Source: Hamiltosporidium tvaerminnensis FI-OER-3-3
Taxonomy: Eukaryota > Fungi > Microsporidia
Length of the DNA: 64,000 nucleotides
Reading direction: 5' to 3'
NCBI GenBank assembly: GCA_022605425.2
Contig: JAKIMF020000001.1
Location: 1,488,001-1,552,000, forward strand
Part shown: in pieces, positions 1 to 12,449 of the stretch
How the letters are laid out: the number at the start of each line of letters is the position of its first letter
Position numbering within the stretch: the first letter of the stretch is position 1
The notes under the pieces: model-generated
Told to the model about the DNA's origin: nothing
The model's database searches: none
Seen by the model: the letters and a program-made list of their open reading frames with translations, nothing else
Made by a program: the position numbers and the translations under genes

Positions 1-16
1 AAAAGCCTTTAATTAA

Positions 17-2112
17 TGCCACGGGCCAATAAACCCTCCCATATCCAATAGAACCCTTGCTATTTCCTATACATTTTTAATGTTGATAGCACCCTTTATT
101 TTTTTCATATAGCCCTTTAATTCCTATACTCTTATAACCAATTTATTTCCCATATTCCTATACATCTTCTTATTTTAGTTTCCTTGTCAATATTTCTTAT
201 CCATCCTTTCTTAAAATTTCTTTTGTATAAACAATAAGAGGTGTTAATTATGAATAAAGTTTATATCTTTCTTTTCAGTTCTTTTTTTGCATTTTTCGGT
301 TTTTTGCATTTGTCAGTATTTGTAAAGCGAAATTTCGTTGTATAATTCGATACAGACACCAAACAACATAACATTGTATATAAACTAATTTAAAGCTTTC
401 ATATTATATATTTTTTTCTAAGGAATTCATTTTATATTATATAAAAATATAATGTAACCCCACTGCCAAAGATTGTAAGTTGTAAAAATAGGCAAGAAAA
501 AGAAATTCTTACTGCACATTTAAAAACCGGTCAGTATCCAGCTAAGTATTCAAAAGAAGAAAAGAATTGTGGAGTCATAACAGTTTACTTTACTCGGGGA
601 TGATATTTGTTTTAAAAGAAGCGATCATCTAATAAGAGCCGTTTTTAGATTTGAACCTGTCTTGATTAAATAAATTATTCGAATAGAGCATTCTGTTGTA
701 CACATCTGATTGAATAAAAGGATGGCTTTGTTTGTACAGAAATATTATGGGATTCCCAAGGCATGCATAAAAGAATATGTAAAAGACTGTGAAACATGTA
801 ATTAATTTAATTCTCTAACAAAATCCAGCCAATATATATAAATCATATTAAAAAAATATGATCTTTATATGATGGATTGTAAGGTCTCGGGAGATACGGT
901 GATCAAAATGATCAATTTAGCTCGATCATTAATGCAATCAAAATATACAAAAACATCTCCAGAGCTTTAAGCTGATTAATAAAACTCCGGAACTGTAAGA
1001 AATTCATTAATTTTTTTTTTTGAAAACTTTCGTGTCCCGGCGGCAATACAATCCGATAACGGTCGATAGGTTAAAAATGCACTACTAGAAGCCTTTTAAC
1101 AAAATTTAACACCCAAATTATACATGGAAGACCACACAATCAAAAAGCGCAAGGTCAAGTAAAACGTGTAAATCAGACCATCTAAAGATGGCTAGGGAAG
1201 AAATTGCATGAAAAAGGTGGAAGAGGTGGATTAAACATTTTTATAATATTTTTTATACATATAACAGATCAGTAGATAGTGCAACAAACAAATCTCTATT
1301 TATACTTTTCTTCGGACAACCAAATTTAAATACTCCACTTTCTGGAAGCATAATAGTTGAAAAAAAAGCCAGAACGAAAGTGTCTGGTATTGATATAGAT
1401 ATTGATATAGTTTTAGTCGAAGAAAATGCAGCAAAAACACAATGGATCCTATAAATTGCTTCATATGTACATGATGAATTTACTGAAACCGTAACCAACA
1501 CAACCATTATAATAGCTGATGATCTCGGAAGCGATAGTAAGATCCGTTCGGATGTTGCAAGCATTTTAAAAATTATAGAGAAATAATTATAGAAAGCAAC
1601 AATTCAAATAGACTTGCGAAAGATTTGTCTATTAGGAATCAAGTTTTGATAAGAAAAAAACTTGTATATGATACTTAAATACAAGGAGCGCCTCTTGACT
1701 CTTTTTAGAATAATTCAGTTTTTATAGTTCCCGCTATTTGATGAACAACATGACTGAAGTAAAACCAATGATGATCACACAAGAACGTTTTTAAAGGCGT
1801 AATAAAACGTATTTAATGTAATTTACTTCACATTGCAATTATAATAGGCATTTTTTTATTATTTTAGTCTTGTAATTAAAATTTTTATTTTTATTTTGGC
1901 GAAACTTAAAATATTTTTTTTGGTGGAAAATTCAAGTTAAAAACTATTTAAGGACTTTTTAAAGCGACCTTTATTAAATTTAGAGAAAAAATCACATCTT
2001 TTTTTTCAAATATATGGCATTAGGTAAAATATGTGAAAGTAACAGGGTTCTATAAATCATTAGAAATAAAGGAGGTTCTATCGGACATGAGGGGGTTTAT
2101 TGGCTCGTGAAA
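17..2112 (+). mobile_element. Degenerate TIR DNA transposon with retroviral-type (rve) integrase, Ginger2/KRBA2-like
   Basis: Imperfect TIRs: TGCCACGGGCCAATAAACCCTCCCATATCCAATAGAACC (from 17) matches the reverse complement of GGTTCTATCGGACATGAGGGGGTTTATTGGCTCGTGAAA (to 2112). TTAA flanks both ends (13-16, 2113-2116). Broken + strand reading gives integrase motifs KYYGIPKACIKEYVKDCETC, PAAIQSDNGR, IIHGRPHN-KAQGQVKRVNQTI and YNRSV-SATNKS. Confidence 0.85.
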
Positions 2113-4963
2113 TTAATACTATAAATCTAATCAAACGATTTAAACTTTATTTCGGAACATTTAAAGTTACATTCCGAAGCAAAATTAGATACAACCAGAT
2201 TACAAAATGTAGTCAAACAAATCCTAAATATTATTATGCGGTAACGACATAAATTAGATAAAGCCACAATTCGCTAAAATCTTAATATATAACGGTAAAT
2301 CTTTATTAATAGTCGGTAATTTATCGAAAATAAAAAAACTCAAAGTTGTCATTTCTTTTTGTAAATAACCCAATTAGACATATTATCTGGTTCTTTGTCT
2401 TGCAAAAGCAACGAAATATAAATGTCTAAATAAGAACCAGGCCTAATATATACAGTAATTAGGAGTAGGATATATTAAAGAAATGTTTTATACAACAGAT
2501 TTTAATCAGGCCATTTTAGCTTGTTGTATGTATTGGGTGCAAAATGTTGATTTTTTTATTCTTATTCATTTGATTTGGACGATTTTAACTTTGAATGGAT
2601 GCTAATGAAGTGATAATTTTAAAATAATAAACTCAGGATCTTTTTTATTTCATATATCTTTCACGTATGTTTTTATTTTGTTAATTTCTATTAAATGAAG
2701 AAAATTCTCGTTTTGAAATTTATAAAATGAATTTTTTTTACAAATTATGATTCAAAATTTTACCAATTATCAAATAAAATGTAGCCACTGTATAAAATTT
2801 TTAACTTGAACACATTTTTCGCCCAATAATTTTTATTTTAAACTAAAAACTTACCTACATAAAAATAACAAGAATTTTAACTTAAAACTTTGGTATAAAC
2901 CGATTATAGAAGGGTTTTGACAGAAATATGTCATATATTATGATGATATAATTGTATCGGCTTAACTTTTCATGGCGCTATTTTGCATTGTAATAATCTG
3001 GGTTTAATGTATTTAATTTAATAATATAGAAGAAAGAAGGTGCATTGTGGTATGCAAAGACCGATAAAAATATTTAATTAATATATGGAGTAAAACTTTC
3101 TGTTACAAAAATAATCTTATTATATCTTAAATCATTGCACAAACCAGATAAAGATTTCGGCTTCTAAAAAGGAAGTAAAAAGGGATCAGAAATAGTCAAA
3201 TATGGCTTTCTAATTAGTTTTTTTAGTATATTTAGATAAATTCTGGTTTATAATGTATTATACTAGATATGAATAGTAGTACAACATTATTATATAACTT
3301 AATTGTCTGATCCACGAAATTATAAGCTTTACTTTACAGAAATACTATATATAGCGTGGATAGTAATATGAGCAAAAAAATTAAAAATATAATCTCTTAG
3401 CAATTAAGAATTTTTAATTAAAATAATAAATTTTAGTTGATTAAACGGAATACAGATATTGAAAAATTTAGGATTAATGGAAATATTTTAAAGGCTTGGT
3501 CAATTAAAGAATTTAAAAATGTTTTTTTCTTTTTGTTTTTTCTTTTTTTTATAATTTTTTTGCAGTATCTGAGCAATAGGAATTAAGATTTTATTCGAAT
3601 TAAAGAACGTGCAATATAAATAGGGTAACCCAGGCGAGATAGTGGTCAAGCTTAATGTGTTTATTGAATCAAATGATAAAACACACATAGTGGAGTAGTA
3701 GAAAATAACTTTTCTGATAAAAACGCATGTAATGTATTTTCTATTTTGAATCAAGTTTAAAAATTCTTAAAGAGTGTAAAGTAATGAAGCTAAGATACAA
3801 TATGGAAAATTTTGATTAAAGAAAAAACTAAACGGTAAAAAGTTTATCCAAAAGACAATATATTCATAAAGCAATATTTTTGATCTGCAATATCTAGTTA
3901 AAATGAGATATTATTTGTAAAGCTAGTGAACCTTTTATAAATTTCATTTTATTCTGTTATATGTAATAAAAATATACATTAAAATTGCGTAAATTCATAA
4001 ATTTTAAGTTAGAGAATTAGACTAAAAACAATCATATTAAATGGGTTATGAATAATATAGATAGGCTGTTTTTAATTTATGCATGATAAAATACTTTAAA
4101 CCGAAAAAAAGACATTTATGTCGATATTTTGAAAGTTAAATTAGCCAATTTGACGATTTAGGGGTTAAACATGTTTTTTTAAGTAAATACTACGCTTAGC
4201 TACATATTTATATCGAGATTTTTTAAAATATATATTTAATGTTTCAATGGAATATGAACTCATTATTTCATTAGGATATCAAATTAATTAAAAAAAAATT
4301 ATTATATCTATAATTAAACTGCATTTTAAATTATGATTGGCTCTATAAGATAATTTTTGATATAAAGAATCTGCTTGAATAGCACCTATTAATTATAATA
4401 TTACTTTAATGAAATCGATTTATATTTAGAAATTAAAAAAATGATAATATGAATATTGATCACTTGTGTTCTAGATTTAAATAGTCAGGTCTGGATGTTT
4501 TACTAAGTAGAATATTTATTGGATAAATAATGGTTTGGGCTTAATAAAATTTTCAAAAAATCTACGTTGAAATATTTCTTTTAAAAACCTGAAACCCTTG
4601 CTGATAACAAAATATAGGTTTGAATTCTCGCTTAGAAAACACGAATTGAATTATAGTGCTTTTAAATAAATGATTGGCATAGAAAACATACAAAACCAGG
4701 GTGAAATTTTATTTAAAAAACTTTATAACTAAAAAACCGAAAAAAAATTTTCAAGCAAATTTAAGCATGAATTTTAAATTAATAGCAAAAAAATAACAGA
4801 CATTTGCTTGCTAATTTTCAATAAGAGAGTATTTTTTTTATTATACCACTGTTATATTTCTAAATTTAAATTGATGCAATTAAAAAAATTATTGTAGACA
4901 AGTGTAGTCTATTTCAAATTTTAAAAATTAATATCATAAAAGAGTTTTTAATAAAATTTTAAT

Positions 4964-5548
4964 TTATTGAATTCGCAAAAAATCAATCATGCAGTGTGCA
5001 GATAGAATAAATAATAGCATTAAAAAATAAACAAATCCACATATTAGCTGAAATTTCTTGGAATATTTATTCGATATAAAAAAGAAAAGGCCAACTGATA
5101 TGAGTATTGAATAAAAAAAACATGCAAAAATGAGAATACGATGCAAGTTGAAAATTAAGAAGTAAAAAAATAGAATAAAATTCATGATAAACAAAATCCC
5201 TAAATGAAATAAAATTGCATTATTTTCTATAAATTCCCGCAAACCGTTCAGCTTTGAACCTTTTTTCCCCAAAGATAAACTATGCCTTTCAATATAGTCC
5301 ATGCGTGAGTTATTTCCCGATGTATCTGGATGCTTACGATGTTTACTGCTCATTTTAATGCCATTTTCACAAACTTCAGGATTTAGAGAAGCGTATTCAT
5401 GTAAATCATTGAGATTATTGTGATTATCGTAATTATCATATTCACAATCTAAATCTCTATCAATGGGTACTTCGATGCAATCCTCATCAGGCTTGTTTAT
5501 TTTTACTATTACTTCGATATGTTGCTGATTCCTCTTTTCTTCATTCAT
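4964..5548 (-). CDS. Orphan membrane protein (acidic N-terminus, ~3 C-terminal TM helices); paralog of 16216-16779
   Basis: 194-aa ATG ORF; hydrophilic N-half, three hydrophobic segments; shares HIEVxVxIN and TM layout with 16216-16779. Confidence 0.8.
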   Translation of the reverse strand: MNEEKRNQQHIEVIVKINKPDEDCIEVPIDRDLDCEYDNYDNHNNLNDLHEYASLNPEVCENGIKMSSKHRKHPDTSGNNSRMDYIERHSLSLGKKGSKLNGLREFIENNAILFHLGILFIMNFILFFYFLIFNLHRILIFACFFYSILISVGLFFFISNKYSKKFQLICGFVYFLMLLFILSAHCMIDFLRIQ

Positions 5549-6257
5549 TTACCAAGAAGGTGTTTAAAAGATTTTTTTAATTTGTTCAATTATTTATTTT
5601 GATTTTTCTGATTTGTTTTTTAATAATATAAATTTTTTTTCTTATTGCTTACATGATTAATTTGTCCAAACTTAGTTAATTGATTTTTTAACAGTATAAT
5701 ATTTTATTCTCATTGTTTCAATAATAGGTCTGTCGAAAATTCTACTTTGATGACGATAAAAATCTTTGTCACGACAAAAAGCCGAGGTGAGCTGAGAAAG
5801 AGCAGTAAAAATGTTATTAAAAAGCCGAGTCGACTAAACAGCTAATACGCTTTTTAATGCAAGTAAGTTACGAGAATATAGTTATAAACAGCTAGAAATA
5901 TAAATAGAAACCTTCTATTTTGATAAAAGATTCACATTTGAGGAACGCGATATAAATATAAACGAAATTAGGGATTTAGTAGAGAATATTAAAATTATTA
6001 ATAAGGTAGAAGAAAATATATAAATAATGAAAAACTATTTTTTAATCGGAATTTTTTTTACTAAAGTTTCGATAAATAATTTATTTAGAATTAGCAAATA
6101 TTATTTGTGATAATACTATTATTGTTCTTCTCGTTTCAATAAATAATTTATTCAAATTTAGTGTATTTCTTTTTAAGGAGATAATTTTTTAAATTGATTA
6201 GTTTTTAGAGTAAATTACATTAAAAAAATCAATAACGAACTCTTTGGTTTATCTGCT

Positions 6258-6402
6258 CATGAAGACATGGCCCTTGAAGACGCTCGACCTCAGTTTTTCT
6301 CTATTTTGCACAAATTTTTCGATAGAAATACTTTTTTCGTAAGTATTTTTCAAATTTTTCATGCCATCTTTTTGCGGTCTCCCTCGTTTCTCTTACCTTC
6401 AA
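6258..6402 (-). mobile_element. 3' fragment of an RTE-like LINE
   Basis: Minus strand reads EGKR-(fs)-RGRPQKRWHE, the typical C-terminal RGRPxxRW motif of RTE ORFs. Confidence 0.5.
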
Positions 6403-7479
6403 GTGCAGATAAAATAAACAAATAGGTTGATAATTAAAATTTAAAAATTTGTATAATTTTCCTGAATATATAATACTACTAAGAACTAACTACTTGAAAA
6501 TAATCGAGGAAGATCAATATGAAAATGATTGACTGAAATGTTGGTTAAAGAAGAAAACTTGCTAGGTTTTTGCTTGTTTAAAGAAAATTGCAAATAGAAG
6601 AAAGCTTACAAAACCTTGAATTTTTTTCTAATAGCCTAATTTGTCGCTTTTTATCGAGTAAATCGCAATTGGCACATAAATTGTGTGTAATTTCCATTTA
6701 GATGTATAAAAAAGTAGAATTACTCGCTCGAGTTAGATGAATTGAGTGCTGAAGGTACTAAAAATGCAACTTTAAAGCACAGAGAGCCAATTTTTTAATT
6801 TTCCTGTTGTTAGGATATTGCAATGTCTAAGCGATCATTTTGAATGTTGCAAAAAAAATATGTCAGTTAAGTCGATCGGCCGAAAAGTGTAGAGTAGATA
6901 GAAATTATAAGAATTTTAATTTACAGACATTATAATTTGGAAGCCGCCCATACAGTAAAACTAAATCAACGTATACTAATAATTCCGGTCAACTACCTCG
7001 CCGATTATATTTTCTACATAATATCGGGAATAAAAGATTTAAGATGCCTATATCTAAGAAGTTTAATTAAATTATATGAGAGCAGTTATCTATGTTAAAT
7101 CTAGAACTTTGTTAATATTATACAAACAATATAAAGCAGTCTTTTTTTCAGAAAAAGTTGTGATATTATTTGTCGTATTTTATTATGTCTCCCCTGTAAA
7201 AAATAGAAAAATCTATATTAAAATACCATCTTCTCGGATTTACACCAATGTTTTAGTTATTAAAATTATAATTTAAGAATTTCAAGTGTTTCAATTGGAT
7301 TTTTATTTTCTATATGCTCGGCTTTGGAAGTATTTCTTGCTATATATGACAAATTTTTTGTTGTTATTTTATTCAGTCCTACCTCTATATCATTATCTCC
7401 CTTTTCTGTTCTTGAATGCCTTTTATTACATTACATAATTTAGGGAAAAATATGGTAATTAAAACCGTAAAAATATATT

Positions 7480-10400
7480 TTTTAAAAATTCTTTAATTTA
7501 AAGTGTATTTTCGAGCTTAAAAAAATGGGTAGAAAGAAAAATGTTAGCAGCGAAATATCGAAAAATACCAAAATAAAGGCTGCAAACGACGCTGATGAGG
7601 TGAAGAAGAGTGATAGTGAGGTACAAAAATGTAAGCTACATCCACCGGCGATTTCCCTACCTTCCTCCTCCTACACAACAATAACACCTCCACCACCAAG
7701 CCAAACATGCAGTAAAATGCAAAATAGTGGGCTTGACACCTTACCTTCGCCTAATGCACCAGTTCCCTTTTCGGTTGAAGTCTCTGCGTGCGAGCCATCG
7801 TACGACATGACAAGCCCCTGTACTCTAGCTATTCCGGAAGGTAACAGGCTAATGGCGTTGCGGACGATATTCGATTCCGTAACAGCCGACCCGAAGGAAT
7901 GGCCTCGAATTGTTTTTTTTGCAGTACAGACAAGGTTTGAAAGAATGCCAAGAAATGGCTGGACAGAGCTTCAAGGTACTATAATGAGAAATTCGGCTGC
8001 ACTGAAACTCTCGAAGTGTTAAAAAAATTGGCACAAAGTGAGATGGGAAAGGATGTAAAATCAGAAGAGAATGGAGAGCGACGTAGAATCGCCACTTGTC
8101 TCGCTGATACATGCACTTTGACCGACACCACGGAGTACATAAACCTGAGAGATAAATTCTTGAGTAAAATCAAAGAAATCTCGGAGAACGAAATTGGAAA
8201 GGTGGTGGTCCGAACTAGAAAACATCCAAATGAATTGGTTGATAGTAAAGTTCTGGATCTCATTAATCGAGTAGTCGGTGAATATGCAGGAGCTCATGTA
8301 CCTGAGTCAATTACGGAAGCCGCGTATATCATGCAAGCTGCGCAGATATGCTATGACGAGGCAACACGTAAAGAGAAGCCTAGATCCGCTTGTAAGGAAA
8401 ACATAGAAAGTAAAATTTCTAAGTTAGTACTTTCCAAAGATCTTCTCGAGAAGGCTCGTAAGCAGGAAAAGCTCTCCACTTCGGAAACGAAGAGCCTTAA
8501 GAAAATCATGCGAGTGTTTAATTTAAACTTGAGCAGTGTAACTGATCTTTCTGAGGCTTTAGTTAAGAAGAATGAGTCTTTGAATGTTTACGAGAAAAAA
8601 ATTACGATGCATGAAAGTAGGAAGCAATTCCGAAAAGAGAATCGTATGTTTGAGCTTTTCCGAGGTCGATTTTATCGTGGGTTATCTGAGCGTGTGGAAT
8701 CCGAGCATGTGGTTAGCCGTGATGAAATTGTGAGTTTTTGGTCTACAATGTGGAACAAAAATGATGACACAGTCACGTACGATGATTATTTGATTCCATT
8801 TGTATCAGATAATCATCCGACCACGTTTCCTTCACTTGATGAATTTGTGAATATCATTAATTGGCTCCCTAATTGGAAAGCTGCTGGAATTGATGGTATT
8901 TACAATTTTTTCATTAAGAAACTTACAACTCTTCACAAATATCTTTATGATATTGTGAAAGTTATATGTTTAGAAGGAACACCTCAAGCTGATTGGTTTT
9001 ACTGCGGGCTTAAGTATTTGATACCGAAAGGAATTCCACGAAGAGGCTCTGACTACAGGCCAATCACTTGTATGTCCCACCTCTATAAGTTAACGACTAA
9101 GTGTGTAACGAAGGTCGTTCAACTTGAAGTGGAAAGGCGAGGGTTGCTTGCGGAGAACCAGTTGGGAGCAGTTAGAGGTGTGCAGGGTGCGAAAGAGAAG
9201 GCTCTACTGAATATTGCCTTAAATAAAGAGTATGGAAACAATCTTAAGGCAACATTGATTGATGTTAAAAAAGCTTATGATTCAATCGATCATGTTTATT
9301 TAACTCAATGCATTGAAAACCTTAATTTACCTGATTGGATCCTGGAATTTATTAAGGTAATTATATCGAAATGGAAAATTTATATATCAGTAGGGCCTGA
9401 AAAAATCATGAGCAAGAAGATTGATAGAGGGATTCTGCAAGGAGATAGTTTGTCACCATTGTTGTTTGTGTTATGTATGGATCCATTAAGTCGAAAGCTT
9501 AATGAAAAATACACAAAAGTGACAGTACAAACAGATGCAGAATCCCACTCTACTAATCATCTCTTGTTTATTGATGATCTTAAGCTCCTTGCAAAAGACA
9601 GCTCCACATTGAGTGCTATGACAGGCGAGGCAAAGGAATTTTTAGAGGTGATTGGCTTAGAGATTAACAAAGAGAAGTCAGCCACAAATGATACGTGTTG
9701 TGAAGATACTGCTACTCTTCTAGAAGGTGTTAGTGTTTACAAATATTTAGGAATAATCGAAGATAGCAGAGGAATCCCAACACGTAGCTCATTTGAAGAA
9801 GTACAGAGCAAACTTATATCAAGAGTTGAAAGACTTTGTCACACTAGATTAAATGCAAAAAATTTATTTTCTGCAATCAATCAACATGCGATATCGTTGA
9901 TCAACTACCACATAGGAGTACTTCGACTTGAACCGGCTGACTTCTCTAAGTTAGATGATGCAGTACGTGCGGTGTTGGTTAAGAATAAGATACATCTCCG
10001 CCCAGGATGTAAAGAGCGTTTGTATCTTCCTAGAACAGAACTTGGAAGAGGCCTACATAGTGTTGAGTTGCGAAGCGAACATATGCTTCTGCAACTCTTG
10101 GATTGTCTGGAAAAAAGTAAAGAAATATCAACTAGACGAGCAGCAATCCTCAGGGTGGAGAATAATAATAAAACCCATCTTGCACTAATAAAAGGCTTCT
10201 TAAAAGTAAAGTACAGGTTGGTAGAAGAAGTCATTAAGAAAAGTTTAGAAGAAGCTCAACTTGCAAAACTATATAACGAAATAGAAAAACGAAAACTCCA
10301 TTCAAAGTTATATAATGCAAGAAAAAATGAGCTTGTGAGTATTAGTGACTCTTCAAGATGGTTAAAGAAAGGGAATATTAGGCCACGCAATGAAGCTGTG

Positions 10401-11330
10401 TTCTGCTATATCTAGGATAGAAATGTATTCCTGGGGAGCAAATGGTTTGTGTCAACATTGTGGGAAGTCTGGTAAGACTGAGATCATCTAGCAACTCGAT
10501 GTGAAAAAATTCTAGGTCATGATTACACTAGACGGCATAATGAAGTGGTTAGATGCCTACACCTTCTTCTAAATAGATATAAGTTTAAGTCTTCAAAACG
10601 AATTAGAAGCCACTCAGTTCAAGAAATTCTTGATAATGAGTATGCAGAGATAAGAGTGGACACCATAATTAAAACTGATGTTAAAATTCCGAATAACAGA
10701 CCGGACATATTTATTTTAGATAAGAAGAAGAGTAAGATAACACTCATTGAAGTAGGAATCACTTCCCAAGATTCATTTCAAATATTTGAAACTGAAAAAC
10801 TTAGGAAGTATGACTTGCTAGCCAAGGAATTGGGTCTTATTTATAAGTATAGTGTTGAGATAATCCCTTATGTGATGACCTGAGACGATATTGTGACAAA
10901 ATACCATAAATCTCATCTTAAAAGACTAGAAATACCCATGAATGTAGAAGCATACATTTAGTCTATAGTACTTAAGAAAACAGTCGAAACAATTTCCTTC
11001 GATCGACGAAGAGGACTTGAGTCAGGACTAAATGCCGAAGAGAGATTGGAGAGAGCGTCAATGGGTGTTATTATGAGAGTAGAGATGCATGAGGAACCAA
11101 CACCCTCTTTAAAAAGAAGAGAAGACAGAGGAAAATGGTGCAAAAAATTTTAAACCAAAAAATAATACACCCTCTTTTCACAAGGAGGAACCACTTTAGA
11201 GGAACCGACCAGAAACATAAATGAAGAGTCGGATTTGGAAGAAGAGACAGTAGTGGTTAAAGAGGTAGAAGAAAACATATAAAAATGGGAAAAAATATTT
11301 TAACCCAGAATTTTATTAAATAAATAAAAA
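7480..11330 (+). mobile_element. Near full-length non-LTR retrotransposon with RT + CCHC + restriction-like endonuclease (R4/Dong/NeSL-type), inactivated
   Basis: RT motifs YRPITC, DVKKAYDS, RGILQGDSLSPLLF, LFIDDL, YKYLG, RLYLPRTELGRGL. These are followed by CQHC..H....C, RHNEVV and RPDIF..IEVGIT (PD-D/ExK). Defects are a frameshift near 7975, TAG at 10413, frameshifts near 10430-10480 and 10565, TGA at 10881 and TAG at 10959. It ends in TTAACCCAGAATTTTATT plus an A-rich tail. The 5' boundary is approximate. Confidence 0.93.
8016..10415 (+). CDS. Reverse transcriptase ORF of the non-LTR element (fragment of an originally single ~1250-aa ORF beginning at 7525)
   Basis: 799-aa ORF with the full set of RT motifs. 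The second copy (ORF 22087-22419) reads through the 7525/8016 junction in one frame. Confidence 0.9.
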   Translation: MLKKLAQSEMGKDVKSEENGERRRIATCLADTCTLTDTTEYINLRDKFLSKIKEISENEIGKVVVRTRKHPNELVDSKVLDLINRVVGEYAGAHVPESITEAAYIMQAAQICYDEATRKEKPRSACKENIESKISKLVLSKDLLEKARKQEKLSTSETKSLKKIMRVFNLNLSSVTDLSEALVKKNESLNVYEKKITMHESRKQFRKENRMFELFRGRFYRGLSERVESEHVVSRDEIVSFWSTMWNKNDDTVTYDDYLIPFVSDNHPTTFPSLDEFVNIINWLPNWKAAGIDGIYNFFIKKLTTLHKYLYDIVKVICLEGTPQADWFYCGLKYLIPKGIPRRGSDYRPITCMSHLYKLTTKCVTKVVQLEVERRGLLAENQLGAVRGVQGAKEKALLNIALNKEYGNNLKATLIDVKKAYDSIDHVYLTQCIENLNLPDWILEFIKVIISKWKIYISVGPEKIMSKKIDRGILQGDSLSPLLFVLCMDPLSRKLNEKYTKVTVQTDAESHSTNHLLFIDDLKLLAKDSSTLSAMTGEAKEFLEVIGLEINKEKSATNDTCCEDTATLLEGVSVYKYLGIIEDSRGIPTRSSFEEVQSKLISRVERLCHTRLNAKNLFSAINQHAISLINYHIGVLRLEPADFSKLDDAVRAVLVKNKIHLRPGCKERLYLPRTELGRGLHSVELRSEHMLLQLLDCLEKSKEISTRRAAILRVENNNKTHLALIKGFLKVKYRLVEEVIKKSLEEAQLAKLYNEIEKRKLHSKLYNARKNELVSISDSSRWLKKGNIRPRNEAVFCYI

Positions 11331-11666
11331 ACATAGCAACCAAATAATAATATTAATCAGGCTAGGATATTTGATACACTTGGATGCACCCTTCAGTATA
11401 AACAAAAATGGAATTCGTTTTTCTATGGCTATATAATTTACTTAATTTTCAAATTCAAGCATTTTATAAATTATATTATCATTTTGTTTTCGAAAAAACT
11501 ATTATAAATGCTTCTAATACCAAATATTTATTAGAAATATATTTCTAACAAATCTATACATATTTTTTCCTCTTAATTTCTTTCAAATTCACTAAAATAC
11601 ATTTTTTTTAAGAATTTTCATTTTAAACATTAAAATCACAAATTAAATAGCAAATATATTTGACCC

Positions 11667-12425
11667 ATGAACCGTTATATATTGGAATGTCTGAAAAACC
11701 CGAAACTTGAGTACGGTACTGTTTTCTTATTTATGGAAAAAAAATTACCTATTCAATATTTCAAAGAAGAAAATACATATACGCTAAGTGGAAAAAATTT
11801 TGTTTTGGATATAAAAAACGATATTTCAAAAATATTTTTTGTTGAAGACTCTTATAATGTACATTTTGAATATCTAGAATTTTATTTTAACAAACTTCTT
11901 TCAAAAAAAGACTTTTTTACATTTTTCTTTGCATTCAAATACTTTTTATATTTTGATTATTCCTCTAAAAATGATAATAATAGTAATATTCTTAAATTAC
12001 ATAGTGGTCTTTGGTTTTGTGAATGTTTATCTAGTGAAAATCCATGTATAATTTACGATATTCATCAACTTGTTAAAATGTCTGAAAAATCAGAAAATAG
12101 AAATGCTTTTTATAATATTTTTACTCATAGGTACGAAATTTTCTATGAAAAATATATTTTGCCTGTATTCGATAAATCCATAAACGCCGAAACTATTGAC
12201 TATAAAGAAAAAATAAAAAATATTTATTTTTATAATTTAAGTGGTGGTAATTACACCTATCCACACGAATGCATTGAAATTAATTTGAATAGTAAAGTTT
12301 ACAAAATTTGTAAAAATCTTGATGTATATGTGGGGGAATATAAAATACCTGAATTGAGTTTTCTATTAAAATGTGGTAAGGGTTTACAAGAATCCTGTGA
12401 CATCATTTCTAAGTTAAAAAAATAA
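11667..12425 (+). CDS. Hypothetical protein
   Basis: 252-aa ATG ORF preceded directly by GACCC; no family recognised. Confidence 0.75.
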   Translation: MNRYILECLKNPKLEYGTVFLFMEKKLPIQYFKEENTYTLSGKNFVLDIKNDISKIFFVEDSYNVHFEYLEFYFNKLLSKKDFFTFFFAFKYFLYFDYSSKNDNNSNILKLHSGLWFCECLSSENPCIIYDIHQLVKMSEKSENRNAFYNIFTHRYEIFYEKYILPVFDKSINAETIDYKEKIKNIYFYNLSGGNYTYPHECIEINLNSKVYKICKNLDVYVGEYKIPELSFLLKCGKGLQESCDIISKLKK

Positions 12426-12449
12426 AATTCAAATCATTTTCAATTCTGG

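Noticed and set aside
7525-8022. Separate ORF1/gag or a programmed frameshift upstream of the RT ORF
   Set aside because: The second copy reads through this junction in one frame, so it is a 1-nt deletion near 7975 in a single-ORF element
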